From Auanema rhodensis (taxonomy: Eukaryota; Animalia; Nematoda), in NCBI GenBank assembly GCA_964057225.1, contig OZ059898.1, positions 9,734,001 to 9,798,000 of the forward strand: a DNA stretch of 64,000 nucleotides, given 5' to 3'. Shown here in pieces: positions 41,976 through 55,611 of this stretch; position 1 is the first letter of the stretch, and each line of letters starts with the position of its first letter. Below the pieces are notes generated by a model, which was not told the origin of the DNA, searched no databases, and saw nothing but the letters and a program-made list of their open reading frames with translations. Made by a program: the position numbers and the translations under genes.

Positions 41976-43233
41976 TTCGAAAATGTTAGATTGTTTCCGA
42001 AAAATTATGAAAAGTCAAGTTCTACTGATTTGAAGAGAATTGTAAGTTTTAGAAAATAATTAAAAATTAGTTCTCTCTACTATTTACTGATTGTCGGCTA
42101 AAATATGGTAACAGTTTTTATAAAAAGTTTCCATGATTAGGATTAAACAAAAAAAAGAATTAAAGAGAAACACTTTTTGTTTACTTATTTGATTATAATA
42201 CTTGAAATTCCAAAAACAGTAGAATAAAATTGAGAAAGCGACAAAAACAGTTGAACGATTTGAAGAGAATTGTAAGTTTTAGAAAAGAATTAATGTTCAG
42301 CTATCTCTACTATTAACTGATTAACGGTTAAAATAAGGTAACAGTTTTTATTGAAAGTTTCCGTGATTGAGATAACACAAAGAAAAAAAAATCAAAGAGA
42401 AACACTTCCTTCTTGTTTACTTATTTGATTATAACACTTGAAATTCCAACAAAAGTAAAGTAAAACTGTTAAAGCGAGTAAAACTGTTCAACGATTTGAA
42501 GACAATTGTAAGTTTAAGAAAAGAATTAAAGTTTAGCTTTGTCTACTATTAACTGATTATCGGCTGAAATATGGTGACAGTTTTTTTTTAAAAGTTTTCA
42601 TGATTAGGATTAAACAAAAAAAAGAATCAAAAAGAAACACTTCTTGTTTACTTATTTGATTATAATACTTGAAATTCCAAAAACAGTAGAATAAAATTGA
42701 GAAAGCGACAAAAACAGTTGAACGATTTGAAGAGAATTGTAAGTTTTAGAAAATAATTAAAAATTAGTTCTCTCTACTATTAACTGATTGTCGGCTAAAA
42801 TATGGTAACAGTTTTTATAAAAAGTTTCCATGATTAGGATTAAACAAAAAAAAGAATTAAAGAGAAACACTTTTTGTTTACTTATTTGATTATAATACTT
42901 GAAATTCCAAAAACAGTAGAATAAAATTGAGAAAGCGACAAAAACAGTTGAACGATTTGAAGAGAATTGTAAGTTTTAGAAAAGAATTAAAGTTCAGCTT
43001 TCTCTACTATTAACTGATTATCGGCTAAAATAAGGTAACAGTTTTTATTGAAAGTTTCCATGTTTAAGATTAAACAAAGAAAAAAATCAAAGAGAAACAC
43101 TTCTTGTTTACTAATTTGATTATAACACTTGAAAATCCAACAAAAGTAAAAAAAAACTGTGAAATCGGGTAAAACTGTTGAACTATAACAGTCTTTATAA
43201 AATATAAATGATATTTTTTTATAAAAGTGAAGT

Positions 43234-43304
43234 TGCATCGGCCGGGAATCGAACCCGGGTCGCCCGCGTGGCAGGCGAGCATTCTACCACTGAACCACCG
43301 ATGC
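43234..43304 (-). tRNA. trnG: tRNA-Gly(GCC)
   Basis: Identical to consensus. Confidence 0.97.
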
Positions 43305-46300
43305 TTCGAAAATGTTAGATTGTTTCCGAAAAATTATGAAAAGTCAAGTTCTACTGATTTGAAGAGAATTGTAAGTTTTAGAAAATAATTAAAAATTAGT
43401 TCTCTCTACTATTAACTGATTGTCGGCTAAAATATGGTAACAGTTTTAATAAAAAGTTTCCATGATTAGGATTAAACAAAAAAAAGAATTAAAGAGAAAC
43501 ACTTTTTGTTTACTTATTTGATTATAATACTTAAAATTCCAAAAACAGTAGAATAAAATTGAGAAAGCGACAAAAACAGTTGAACGATTTGAAGAGAATT
43601 GTAAGTTTTAGAAAAGAATTAAAGTTCAGCTATCTCTACTATTAACTGATTATCGGCTAAAATAAGGTAACAGTTTTTATTGAAAGTTTCCATGATTGAG
43701 ATTAAACAAAGAAAAAAATCAAAGAGAAACACTTCTTGTTTACTAATTTGATCATAACACTTGAAATGCCAACAAAAGTAAAGTAAAACTGTTAAAGCGA
43801 GTAAAACTGTTGAACGATTTGAAGACAATTGTAAGTTGAAGAAAAAAATTAAAGTTTAGCTCTCTCTACTATTAACTGATTATCGGCTAAAATATAGTAA
43901 TAGTTTTTATTAAAAGTTTCCATGATTAAGATTAAACAAAGAAAAAAAATCAAAGAAAAACACTTCTTGTTTACTTATTTGATCATAACACTTGAAATGC
44001 CAACAAAAGTAAAGTAAAACTGTTAAAGCGAGTAAAACTGTTGAACAATTTGAAGATAATTGTAAGTTGAAGAAAAAAATTAAAGTTTAGCTCTCTCTAC
44101 TATTAACTGAATGTCGGCTAAAATATGGTAACAGTTTTTATCAAAAGTTTCCATGATTAAGATTAAACAAAGAAAAAAAATCAAAAAGAAACACTTCTTG
44201 TTTACTTACTTGATTATAATACTTGAAATTCCAAAAACAGTAAAATAAAATTGAGAAAGCGACAAAAACAGTTGAACGATTTGAAGACAATTGTAAGTTT
44301 AAGAAAAGAATTAAAGTTTAGCTTTGTCTACTATTAACTGATTATCGGCTGAAATATGGTGACAGTTTTTTTTAAAAGTTTTCATGATTAGGATTAAACA
44401 AAAAAAAGAATCAAAAAGAAACACTTCTTGTTTACTTATTTGATTATAACACTTGAAATTCCAACAAAAGTAAAGTAAAACTGTTAAAGCGAGTAAAACT
44501 GTTGAACGATTTGAAGACAATTGTAAGTTGAAGAAAAAAATTAAAGTTTAGCTCTCTCTACTATTAACTGATTATCGGCTAAAATATAGTAACAGTTTTT
44601 ATTAAAATTTTCCATGATTAAGATTAAACAAAGAAAAAAAATCAAAGAAAAACACTTCTTGTTTACTAATTCGATCATAACACTTGAAATGCCAACAAAA
44701 GTAAAGTAAAACTGTTAAAGCGAGTAAAACTGTTGAACAATTTGAAGACAATTGTAAGTTGAAGAAAAAAATTAAAGTTTAGCTCTCTCTACTATTAACT
44801 GAATGTCGGCTAAAATATGGTAACAGTTTTAATAAAAAGTTTCCATGATTAGGATTAAACAAAAAAAAGAATTAAAGAGAAACACTTTTTGTTTACTTAT
44901 TTGATTATAATACTTAAAATTCCAAAAACAGTAAAATAAAATTGAGAAAGCGACAAAAACAGTTGAACGATTTGAAGACAATTGTAAGTTTAAGAAAAGA
45001 ATTAAAGTTTAGCTTTGTCTACTATTAACTGATTATCGGCTGAAATATGGTGACAGTTTTTTTTAAAAGTTTTCATGATTAGGATTAAACAAAAAAAAGA
45101 ATCAAAAAGAAACACTTCTTGTTTACTTATTTGATTATAACACTTGAAATTCCAACAAAAGTAAAGTAAAACTGTTAAAGCGAGTAAAACTGTTGAACGA
45201 TTTGAAGACAATTGTAAGTTGAAGAAAAAAATTAAAGTTTAGCTCTCTCTACTATTAACTGATTATCGGCTAAAATATAGTAACAGTTTTCATTAAAAGT
45301 TTCCATGATTAAGATTAAACAAAGAAAAAAAATCAAAGAAAAACACTTCTTGTTTACTAATTTGATCATAACACTTGAAATGCCAACAAAAGTAAAGTAA
45401 AACTGTTAAAGCGAGTAAAACTGTTGAACAATTTGAAGACAATTGTAAGTTGAAGAAAAAAATTAAAGTTTAGCTCTCTCTACTATTAACTGAATGTCGG
45501 CTAAAATATGGTAACAATTTTTATCAAAAGTTTCCATGATTAAGATTAAACAAAGAAAAAAATCAAAAAGAAACACTTCTTGTTTACTTACTTGATTATA
45601 ATACTTGAAATTCCAAAAACAGTAGAATAAAATAGAGAAAACGACAAAAACAGTTGAACGATTTGAAGACAATTGTAAGTTTTAGAAAATAATTAAAAAT
45701 TAGTTCTCTCTACTATTAACTGATTGTCGGCTAAAATATGGTAACAGTTTTTATAAAAAGGTTCCATGATTAGGACTAAACAAAAAAAAAATCAAAAAGA
45801 AACACTTCTTGTTCACTTACTTGATTATAATACTTGAAATTCAAAAAAAAGTAAAAAACAATTGAGAAAGCGACATAAACAGTTGAACGATTTGAAGAGA
45901 ATTGTAAGTTTCAGAAAAGAATTAAAGTTCAGCTATCTCTACTTTTAACTGATTACCGGCTAAAATAAGGTAACAGTTTTTATTGAAAGTTTCCGTGATT
46001 GAGATTAAACAAAGAAAAAAAATCAAAGAGAAACACTTCTTGTTTACTTATTTGATTATAACACTTGAAATTCCAACAAAAGTAAAGTAAAACTGTTAAA
46101 GCGAGTAAAACTGTTGAACGATTTGAAGACAATTGTAAGTTGAAGAAAAAAATTAAAGTTTAGCTCTCTCTACTATTAACTGATTATCGGCTAAAATATA
46201 GTAACAGTTTTCATTAAAAGTTTCCATGATTAAGATTAAACAAAGAAAAAAAATCAAACAAAAACACTTCTTGTTTACTAATTTGATCATAACACTTGAA

Positions 46301-47321
46301 ATGCCAACAAAAGTAAAGTAAAACTGTTAAAGCGAGTAAAACTGTTGAACAATTTGAAGACAATTGTAAGTTGAAGAAAAAAATTAAAGTTTAGCTCTCT
46401 CTACTATTAACTGAATGTCGGCTAAAATATGGTAACAGTTTTTATCAAAAGTTTCCATGATTAAGATTAAACAAAGAAAAAAAATCAAAAAGAAACACTT
46501 CTTGTTTACTTACTTGATTATAATACTTGAAATTCCAAAAACAGTAGAATAAAATAGAGAAAACGACAAAAACAGTTGAACGATTTGAAGACAATTGTAA
46601 GTTTTAGAAAATAATTAAAAATTAGTTCTCTCTACTATTAACTGATTGTCGGCTAAAATATGGTAACAGTTTTCATAAAAAGGTTCCATGATTAGGACTA
46701 AACAAAAAAAAATCAAAAAGAAACACTTCTTGTTCACTTACTTGATTATAATACTTGAAATTCAAAAAAAAGTAAAAAACAATTGAGAAAGCGACATAAA
46801 CAGTTGAACGATTTGAAGAGAATTGTAAGTTTCAGAAAAGAATTAAAGTTCAGCTATCTCTACTTTTAACTGATTACCGGCTAAAATAAGGTAACAGTTT
46901 TTATTGAAAGTTTCCGTGATTGAGATTAAACAAAGAAAAAAAAATCAAAGAGAAACAGTTCTTGTTTACTTATTTGATTATAACACTTGAAATTCCAACA
47001 AAAGTAAAGTAAAACTGTTAAAGCGAGTAAAACTGTTGAACGATTTGAAGACAATTGTAAGTTGAAGAAAAAAATTAAAGTTCAGCTATCTCTACTTTCA
47101 ACTGATTAACGGCTAAAATATAGTAACAGTTTTTATTAAAAGTTTCCATGATTAAGATTAAACAAAGAAAAAAATCAAAGAGAAACACTTCTTGTATACT
47201 AATTTGATTATAACACTTGAAAATCCAACAAAAGTAAAATAAAACTGTGAAAGCGGGTAAAACTGTTGAACTAAAACAGTCTTTATAAAATATAAATGAT
47301 ATATTTTTATAAAAGTGAAGT

Positions 47322-47367
47322 TGCATCGGCGTGGCAGGCGAGCATTCTACCACTGAACCACCGATGC
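47322..47367 (-). pseudogene. tRNA-Gly(GCC) pseudogene, same 25-bp deletion
   Basis: tgcatcggc|gtggcagg junction and the same flank variants as 24710 and 25777. Confidence 0.93.
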
Positions 47368-48160
47368 TTCGAAAATGTTAGATTGTTTCCGAAAAATTAG
47401 GAAAAGTCAAGTTCTACTGATTTGAAAAAAATTGTAAGTTTTAGAGAATAATTAAAAATTAGTTCTCTCTACTATTAACTGATTGTCGGCTAAAATATGG
47501 TAACAGTTTTTATAAAAAGTTTCCATGATTAGGATTAAACAAAAAAAAGAGTTAAAGAGAAACACTTTTTGTTTACTTATTTGATTATAATACTTGAAAT
47601 TCCAAAAACAGTAGAATAAAATTGAGAAAGCGACAAAAACTGTTGAACAATTTGAAGACAATTGTAAGTTGAAGAAAAAAATTAAAGTTTAGCTCTCTCT
47701 ACTATTAACTGAATGTCGGCTAAAATATGGTAACAGTTTTTATTAAAAGTTTCCATGATTAAGATTAAACAAAGAAAAAAAATCAAAGAGAAACACTTCT
47801 TGTTTACTAATTTGATTATAACACTTGAAATTCCAACAAAAGTAAAGTGAAACTGTTAAAGCGAGTAAAACTGTTGAACGATTTGAAGACAATTGTAAGT
47901 TGAAGAAAAAAATTAAAGTTTAGCTCTCTCTACTATTAACTGAATGTCGGCTAAACTGTAGTAACAGTTTTCATTAAAAGTTTCCATGATTAAGATTAAA
48001 CAAAGAAAAAAAATCAAAGAGAAACACTTCTTGTTTACTAATTTGATTATAACACTTGAAAATCCAACAAAAGTAAAATAAAACTGTGAAAGCGGGTAAA
48101 ACTGTTGAACTAAAACAGTCTTTATAAAATATAAATGATATATTTTTATAAAATTGAAGT

Positions 48161-48231
48161 TGCATCGGCCGGGAATCGAACCCGGGTCGGCCGCGTGGCA
48201 GGCGAGCATTCTACCACTGAACCACCGATGC
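48161..48231 (-). tRNA. trnG: tRNA-Gly(GCC), G43C variant (C27-C43 anticodon-stem mismatch)
   Basis: gggtcgGccgcg at 48190. Confidence 0.88.
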
Positions 48232-50409
48232 TTCGAAAATGTTAGATTGTTTCCGAAAAATTATGAAAAGTCAAGTTCTACTGATTTGAAGAGAATTGTA
48301 AGTTTTAGAAAATATTCAAAAATTAGTTCTCTCTACTATTAACTGATTGTCGGCTAAAATATGGTAACAGTTTTTATAAAAAGTTTCCATGATTAGGATT
48401 AAACAAAAAAAAGAATTAAAGAGAAACACTTTTTGTTTACTTATTTGATTATAATACTTGAAATTCCAAAAACAGTAGAATAAAATTGAGAAAGCGACAA
48501 AAACAGTTGAACGATTTGAAGAGAATTGTAAGTTTTAGAAAAGAATTAAAGTTCAGCTATCTCTACTATTAACTGACTATCGGCTAAAATAAGGTAACAG
48601 TTTTTATTGAAAGTTTCCATGATTAAGATTAAACAAAGAAAAAAATCAGAGAGAAACACTTCTTGTTTACTTACTTGATTATAATACTTGAAATTCCAAA
48701 AACAGTAAAATAAAATTGAGAAAGCGACAAAAACAGTTGAACGATTTGAAGACAATTGTAAGTTTAAGAAAAGAATTAAAGTTTAGCTTTGTCTACTATT
48801 AACTGATTATCGGCTGAAATATGGTGACAGTTTTTTTTTAAAAGTTTTCATGATTAGGATTAAACAAAAAAAAGAATCAAAAAGAAACACTTCTTGTTTA
48901 CTTATTTGATTATAACACTTGAAATTCCAACAAAAGTAAAGTAAAACTGTTAAAGCGAGTAAAACTGTTGAACGATTTGAAGACAATTGTAAGTTGAAGA
49001 AAAAAATTAAAGTTTAGCTCTCTCTACTATTAACTGAATGTCGGCTAAAATATAGTAACAGTTTTTATTAAAAGTTTCCATGATTAAGATTAAACAAAGA
49101 AAAAAAATCAAAGAAAAACACTTCTTGTTTACTAATTTGATCATAACACTTGAAATGCCAACAAAAGTAAAGTAAAACTGTTAAAGCGAGTAAAACTGTT
49201 GAACAATTTGAAGACAATTGTAAGTTGAAGAAAAAAATTAAAGTTTAGCTCTCTCTACTATTAACTGAATGTCGGCTAAAATATGGTAACAGTTTTTATT
49301 AAAAGTTTCCATGATTAAGATTAAACAAAGAAAAAAAATCAAAAAGAAACACTACTTGTTTACTTACTTGATTATAATACTTGAAATTCCAAAAACAGTA
49401 AAATAAAATAGAGAAAACGACAAAAACAGTTGAACGATTTGAAGACAATTGTAAGTTTTAGAAAATAATTAAAAATTAGTTCTCTCTACTATTAACTGAT
49501 TGTCGGCTAAAATATGGTAACAGTTTTTATAAAAAGGTTCCATGATTAGGATTAAACAGAAAAAAGAATCAAAAAGAAACACTTCTTGTTTACTTACTTG
49601 ATTATAATACTTGAAATTCAAAAAAAAGTAAAAAACAATTGAGAAAGCGACATAAACAGTTGAACGATTTGAAGAGAATTGTAAGTTTTAGAAAAGAATT
49701 AAAGTTCAGCTATCTCTACTTTTAACTGATTAACGGCTAAAATAAGGTAACAGTTTTTATTGAAAGTTTCCGTGATTGAGATTAAACAAAGAAAAAAAAA
49801 TCAAAGAGAAACACTTCTTGTTTACTTATTTGATTATAACACTTGAAATTCCAACAAAAGTAAAGTAAAACTGTTGAAGCGAGTAAAACTGTTGAACGAT
49901 TTGAAGACAATTGTAAGTTGAAGAAAAAAATTAAAGTTTAGCTCTCTCTACTATTAACTGAATGTCGGCTAAAATGTAGTAACAGTTTTTATTAAAAGTT
50001 TCCATGATTAAGATTAAACAAAGAAAAAAAATCAAAGAGAAACACTTCTTGTTTACTAATTTGATTATAACACTTGAAATTCCAACAAAAGTAAAGTGAA
50101 ACTGTTAAAGCGAGTAAAACTGTTGAACGATTTGAAGACAATTGTAAGTTGAAGAAAAAAATTAAAGTTTAGCTCTCTCTACTATTAACTGAATGTCGGC
50201 TAAAATGTAGTAACAGTTTTTATTAAAAGTTTCCATGATTAAGATTAAACAAAGAAAAAAAATCAAAGAGAAACACTTCTTGTTTACTAATTTGATTATA
50301 ACACTTGAAAATCCAACAAAAGTAAAATAAAACTGTGAAAGCGGGTAAAACTGTTGAACTAAAACAGTCTTTATAAAATATAAATGATATATTTTTATAA
50401 AAGTGAAGT

Positions 50410-50480
50410 TGCATCGGCCGGGAATCGAACCCGGGTCGCCCGCGTGGCAGGCGAGCATTCTACCACTGAACCACCGATGC
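50410..50480 (-). tRNA. trnG: tRNA-Gly(GCC)
   Basis: Gene identical to consensus; two substitutions in the 5' flank. Confidence 0.97.
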
Positions 50481-51968
50481 TTCGAAAATGTTAGATTGTT
50501 TCCGAAAAGTTATGAAAATTCAAGTTCTACTGATTTGAAGAAAATTGTAAGTTTTAGAAAATAATTAAAAATTAGTTCTCTCTACTATTAACTGATTGTC
50601 GGCTAAAATATGGTAACAGTTTTTATAAAAAGTTTCCATGATTAGGATTAAACAAAAAAAAGAATTAAAGAGAAACACTTTTTGTTTACTTATTTGATTA
50701 TAATACTTGAAATTCCAAAAACAGTAGAATAAAATTGAGAAAGCGACAAAAACAGTTGAACGATTTGAAGAGAATTGTAAGTTTTAGAAAAGAATTAAAG
50801 TTCAGCTATCTCTACTATTAACTGACTATCGGCTAAAATAATGTAACAGTTTTTATTGAAAGTTTCCGTGATTGAGATTAAACAAAGAAAAAAAAATCAA
50901 AGAGAAACAGTTCTTGTTTACTTACTTGATTATAATACTTGAAATTCCAAAAACAGTAAAATAAAATTGAGAAAGCGACAAAAACAGTTGAACGATTTGA
51001 AGACAATTGTAAGTTTAAGAAAAGAATTAAAGTTTAGCTTTGTCTACTATTAACTGATTATCGGCTGAAATATGGTGACAGTTTTTTTTTAAAAGTTTTC
51101 ATGATTAGGATTAAACAGAAAAAAGAATCAAAAAGAAACACTTCTTGTTTACTTACTTGATTATAATACTTGAAATTCAAAAAAAAGTAAAAAACAATTG
51201 AGAAAGCGACATAAACAGTTGAACGATTTGAAGAGAATTGTAAGTTTTAGAAAAGAATTAAAGTTCAGCTATCTCTACTTTTAACTGATTAACGGCTAAA
51301 ATAAGGTAACAGTTTTTATTGAAAGTTTCCGTGATTGAGATTAAACAAAGAAAAAAAAATCAAAGAGAAACACTTCTTGTTTACTTATTTGATTATAACA
51401 CTTGAAATTCCAACAAAAGTAAAGTAAAACTGTTGAAGCGAGTAAAACTGTTGAACGATTTGAAGACAATTGTAAGTTGAAGAAAAAAATTAAAGTTTAG
51501 CTCTCTCTACTATTAACTGAATGTCGGCTAAAATGTAGTAACAGTTTTTATTAAAAGTTTCCATGATTAAGATTAAACAAAGAAAAAAAATCAAAGAGAA
51601 ACACTTCTTGTTTACTAATTTGATTATAACACTTGAAATTCCAACAAAAGTAAAGTGAAACTGTTAAAGCGAGTAAAACTGTTGAACGATTTGAAGACAA
51701 TTGTAAGTTGAAGAAAAAAATTAAAGTTTAGCTCTCTCTACTATTAACTGAATGTCGGCTAAAATGTAGTAACAGTTTTTATTAAAAGTTTCCATGATTA
51801 AGATTAAACAAAGAAAAAAAATCAAAGAGAAACACTTCTTGTTTACTAATTTGATTATAACACTTGAAAATCCAACAAAAGTAAAATAAAACTGTGAAAG
51901 CGGGTAAAACTGTTGAACTAAAACAGTCTTTATAAAATATAAATGATATATTTTTATAAAAGTGAAGT

Positions 51969-52039
51969 TGCATCGGCCGGGAATCGAACCCGGGTCGCCC
52001 GCGTGGCAGGCGAGCATTCTACCACTGAACCACCGATGC
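51969..52039 (-). tRNA. trnG: tRNA-Gly(GCC)
   Basis: Gene identical to consensus; one substitution in the 5' flank. Confidence 0.97.
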
Positions 52040-53755
52040 TTCGAAAATGTTAGATTGTTTCCGAAAAATTATGAAAATTCAAGTTCTACTGATTTGAAGA
52101 GAATTGTAAGTTTTAGAAAATAATTAAAAATTAGTTCTCTCTACTATTAACTGATTGTCGGCTAAAATATGGTAACAGTTTTTATAAAAAGTTTCCATGA
52201 TTAGGATTAAACAAAAAAAAGAATTAAAGAGAAACACTTTTTGTTTACTTATTTGATTATAATACTTGAAATTCCAAAAACAGTAGAATAAAATTGAGAA
52301 AGCGACAAAAACAGTTGAACGATTTGAAGAGAATTGTAAGTTTTAGAAAAGAATTAAAGTTCAGCTATCTCTACTATTAACTGACTATCGGCTAAAATAA
52401 TGTAACAGTTTTTATTGAAAGTTTCCATGATTAAGATTAAACAAAGAAAAAAATCAGAGAGAAACACTTCTTGTTTACTTACTTGATTATAATACTTGAA
52501 ATTCCAAAAACAGTAAAATAAAATTGAGAAAGCGACAAAAACAGTTGAACGATTTGAAGACAATTGTAAGTTTAAGAAAAGAATTAAAGTTTAGCTTTGT
52601 CTACTATTAACTGATTATCGGCTGAAATATGGTGACAGTTTTTTTTTAAAAGTTTTCATGATTAGGATTAAACAAAAAAAAGAATCAAAAAGAAACACTT
52701 CTTGTTTACTTATTTGATTATAACACTTGAAATTCCAACAAAAGTAAAGTAAAACTGTTAAAGCGAGTAAAACTGTTGAACGATTTGAAGACAATTGTAA
52801 GTTGAAGAAAAAAATTAAAGTTTAGCTCTCTCTACTATTAACTGAATGTCGGCTAAAATATGGTAACAGTTTTTATTAAAAGTTTCCATGATTAAGATTA
52901 AACAAAGAAAAAAAATCAAAAAGAAACACTTCTTGTTTACTTACTTGATTATAATACTTGAAATTCCAAAAACAGTAAAATAAAATAGAGAAAACGACAA
53001 AAACAGTTGAACGATTTGAAGACAATTGTAAGTTTTAGAAAATAATTAAAAATTAGTTCTCTCTACTATTAACTGATTGTCGGCTAAAATATGGTAACAG
53101 TTTTTATAAAAAGGTTCCATGATTAGGATTAAACAAAAAAAAGAATCAAAAAGAAACACTTCTTGTTTACTTACTTGATTATAATACTGGAAATTCAAAA
53201 AAAAGTAAAAAACAATTGAGAAAGCGACATAAACAGTTGAACGATTTGAAGAGAATTGTAAGTTTTACAAAAGAATTAAAGTTCAGCTATCTCTACTTTT
53301 AACTGATTAACGGCTAAAATAAGATAGCAGTTTTTATTGAAAGTTTCCGTGATTGAGATTAAACAAAGAAAAAAAAATCAAAGAGAAACACTTCTTGTTT
53401 ACTTATTTGATTATAACACTTGAAATTCCAACAAAAGTAAAGTAAAACTGTTAAAGCGAGTAAAACTGTTGAACGATTTGAAGACAATTGTAAGTTGAAG
53501 AAAAAAATTAAAGTTTAGCTCTCTCTACTATTAACTGAATGTCGGCTAAAATGTAGTAACAGTTTTTATTAAAAGTTTCCATGATTAAGATTAAACAAAG
53601 AAAAAAAATCAAAGAGAAACACTTCTTGTTTACTAATTTGATTATAACACTTGAAAATCCAACAAAAGTAAAATAAAACTGTGAAAGCGGGTAAAACTGT
53701 TGAACTAAAACAGTCTTTATAAAATATAAATGATATATTTTTATAAAAGTGAAGT

Positions 53756-53826
53756 TGCATCGGCCGGGAATCGAACCCGGGTCGCCCGCGTGGCAGGCGA
53801 GCATTCTACCACTGAACCACCGATGC
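53756..53826 (-). tRNA. trnG: tRNA-Gly(GCC)
   Basis: Identical to consensus. Confidence 0.97.
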
Positions 53827-55540
53827 TTCGAAAATGTTAGATTGTTTCCGAAAAATTATGAAAAGTCAAGTTCTACTGATTTGAAGAGAATTGTAAGTTT
53901 TAGAAAATAATTAAAAATTAGTTCTCTCTACTATTAATTGATTGTCGGCTAAAATATGGTAACAGTTTTTATAAAAAGTTTCCATGATTAGGATTAAACA
54001 AAAAAAAGAATTAAAGAGAAACACTTTTTGTTTACTTATTTGATTATAATACTTGAAATTCCAAAAACAGTAGAATAAAATTGAGAAAGCGACAAAAACA
54101 GTTGAACGATTTGAAGAGAATTGTAAGTTTTAGAAAAGAATTAAAGTTCAGCTATCTCTACTATTAACTGACTATCGGCTAAAATAAGGTAACAGTTTTT
54201 ATTGAAAGTTTCCATGATTAAGATTAAACAAAGAAAAAAATCAGAGAGAAACACTTCTTGTTTACTAATTTGATCATAACACTTGAAATGCCAACAAAAG
54301 TAAAGTAAAACTGTTAAAGCGAGTAAAACTGTTGAACGATTTGAAGACAATTGTAAGTTGAAGAAAAAAATTAAAGTTTAGCTCTCTCTACTATTAACTG
54401 AATGTCGGCTAAAATATAGTAACAGTTTTTATTAAAAGTTTCCATGATTGAGATTAAACAAAGAAAAAAAATCAAAGAAAAACACTTCTTGTTTACTAAT
54501 TTGATCATAACACTTGAAATGCCAACAAAAGTAAAGTAAAACTGTTAAAGCGAGTGAAACTGTTGAACAATTTGAAGACAATTGTAAGTTGAAGAAAAAA
54601 ATTAAAGTTTAGCTCTCTCTACTATTAACTGAATGTCGGCTAAAATATGGTAACAGTTTTTATTAAAAGTTTCCATGATTAAGATTAAACAAAGAAAAAA
54701 AATCAAAAAGAAACACTTCTTGTTTACTTACTTGATTATAATACTTGAAATTCCAAAAACAGTAAAATAAAATAGAGAAAACGACAAAAACAGTTGAACG
54801 ATTTGAAGACAATTGTAAGTTTTAGAAAATAATTAAAAATTAGTTCTCTCTACTATTAACTGATTGTCGGCTAAAATATGGTAACAGTTTTTATAAAAAG
54901 GTTCCATGATTAGGATTAAACAAAGAAAAAAATCAGAGAGAAACACTTCTTGTTTACTTACTTGATTATAATACTTGAAATTCCGAAAACAGTAAAATAA
55001 AATTGAGAAAGCGACAAAAACAGTTGAACGATTTGAAGACAATTGTAAGTTTAAGAAAAGAATTAAAGTTTAGCTTTGTCTACTATTAACTGATTATCGG
55101 CTGAAATATGGTGACAGTTTTTTTTTTAAAGTTTCCATGATTAAGATTAAACAAAGAAAAAAAAATCAAAGAGAAACACTTCTTGTTTACTAATTTGATT
55201 ATAACACTTGAAATTCCAACAAAAGTAAAGTAAAACTGTTAAAGCGAGTAAAACTGTTGAACAATTTGAAGACAATTGTAAGTTGAAAAAAAAAATTAAA
55301 GTTTAGCTCTCTCTACTATTAACTGAATGTCGGCTAAAATATGATAACAATTTTTATTAAAAGTTTCCATGATTAAGATTAAACAAAAAAAAATCAAAGA
55401 GAAACACTTCTTGTTTACTAATTTGATTATAACACTTGAAATTCCAACAAAAGTAAAAAAAAACTGTGAAAGCGGGTAAAACTGTTGAACTAAAACAGTC
55501 TTTATAAAATATAAATGATATTTTTTTATAAAAGTGAAGT

Positions 55541-55611
55541 TGCATCGGCCGGGAATCGAACCCGGGTCGCCCGCGTGGCAGGCGAGCATTCTACCACTGA
55601 TCCACCGATGC
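55541..55611 (-). tRNA. trnG: tRNA-Gly(GCC), U11A variant (A11-A24 D-stem mismatch, within A box)
   Basis: ccactgaTccacc at 55601. Confidence 0.88.

Larger units (their letters stand above)
31510..44430. repeat. 2194-bp higher-order repeat (8 monomers, 2 tRNAs) nested in a 5309-bp duplication; boundaries approximate
   Basis: 32208->34402->36596, 33537->35731->37925, 39711->41905 and 41040->43234 = 2194; 34402->39711, 35731->41040, 36596->41905 and 37925->43234 = 5309. Confidence 0.85.
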
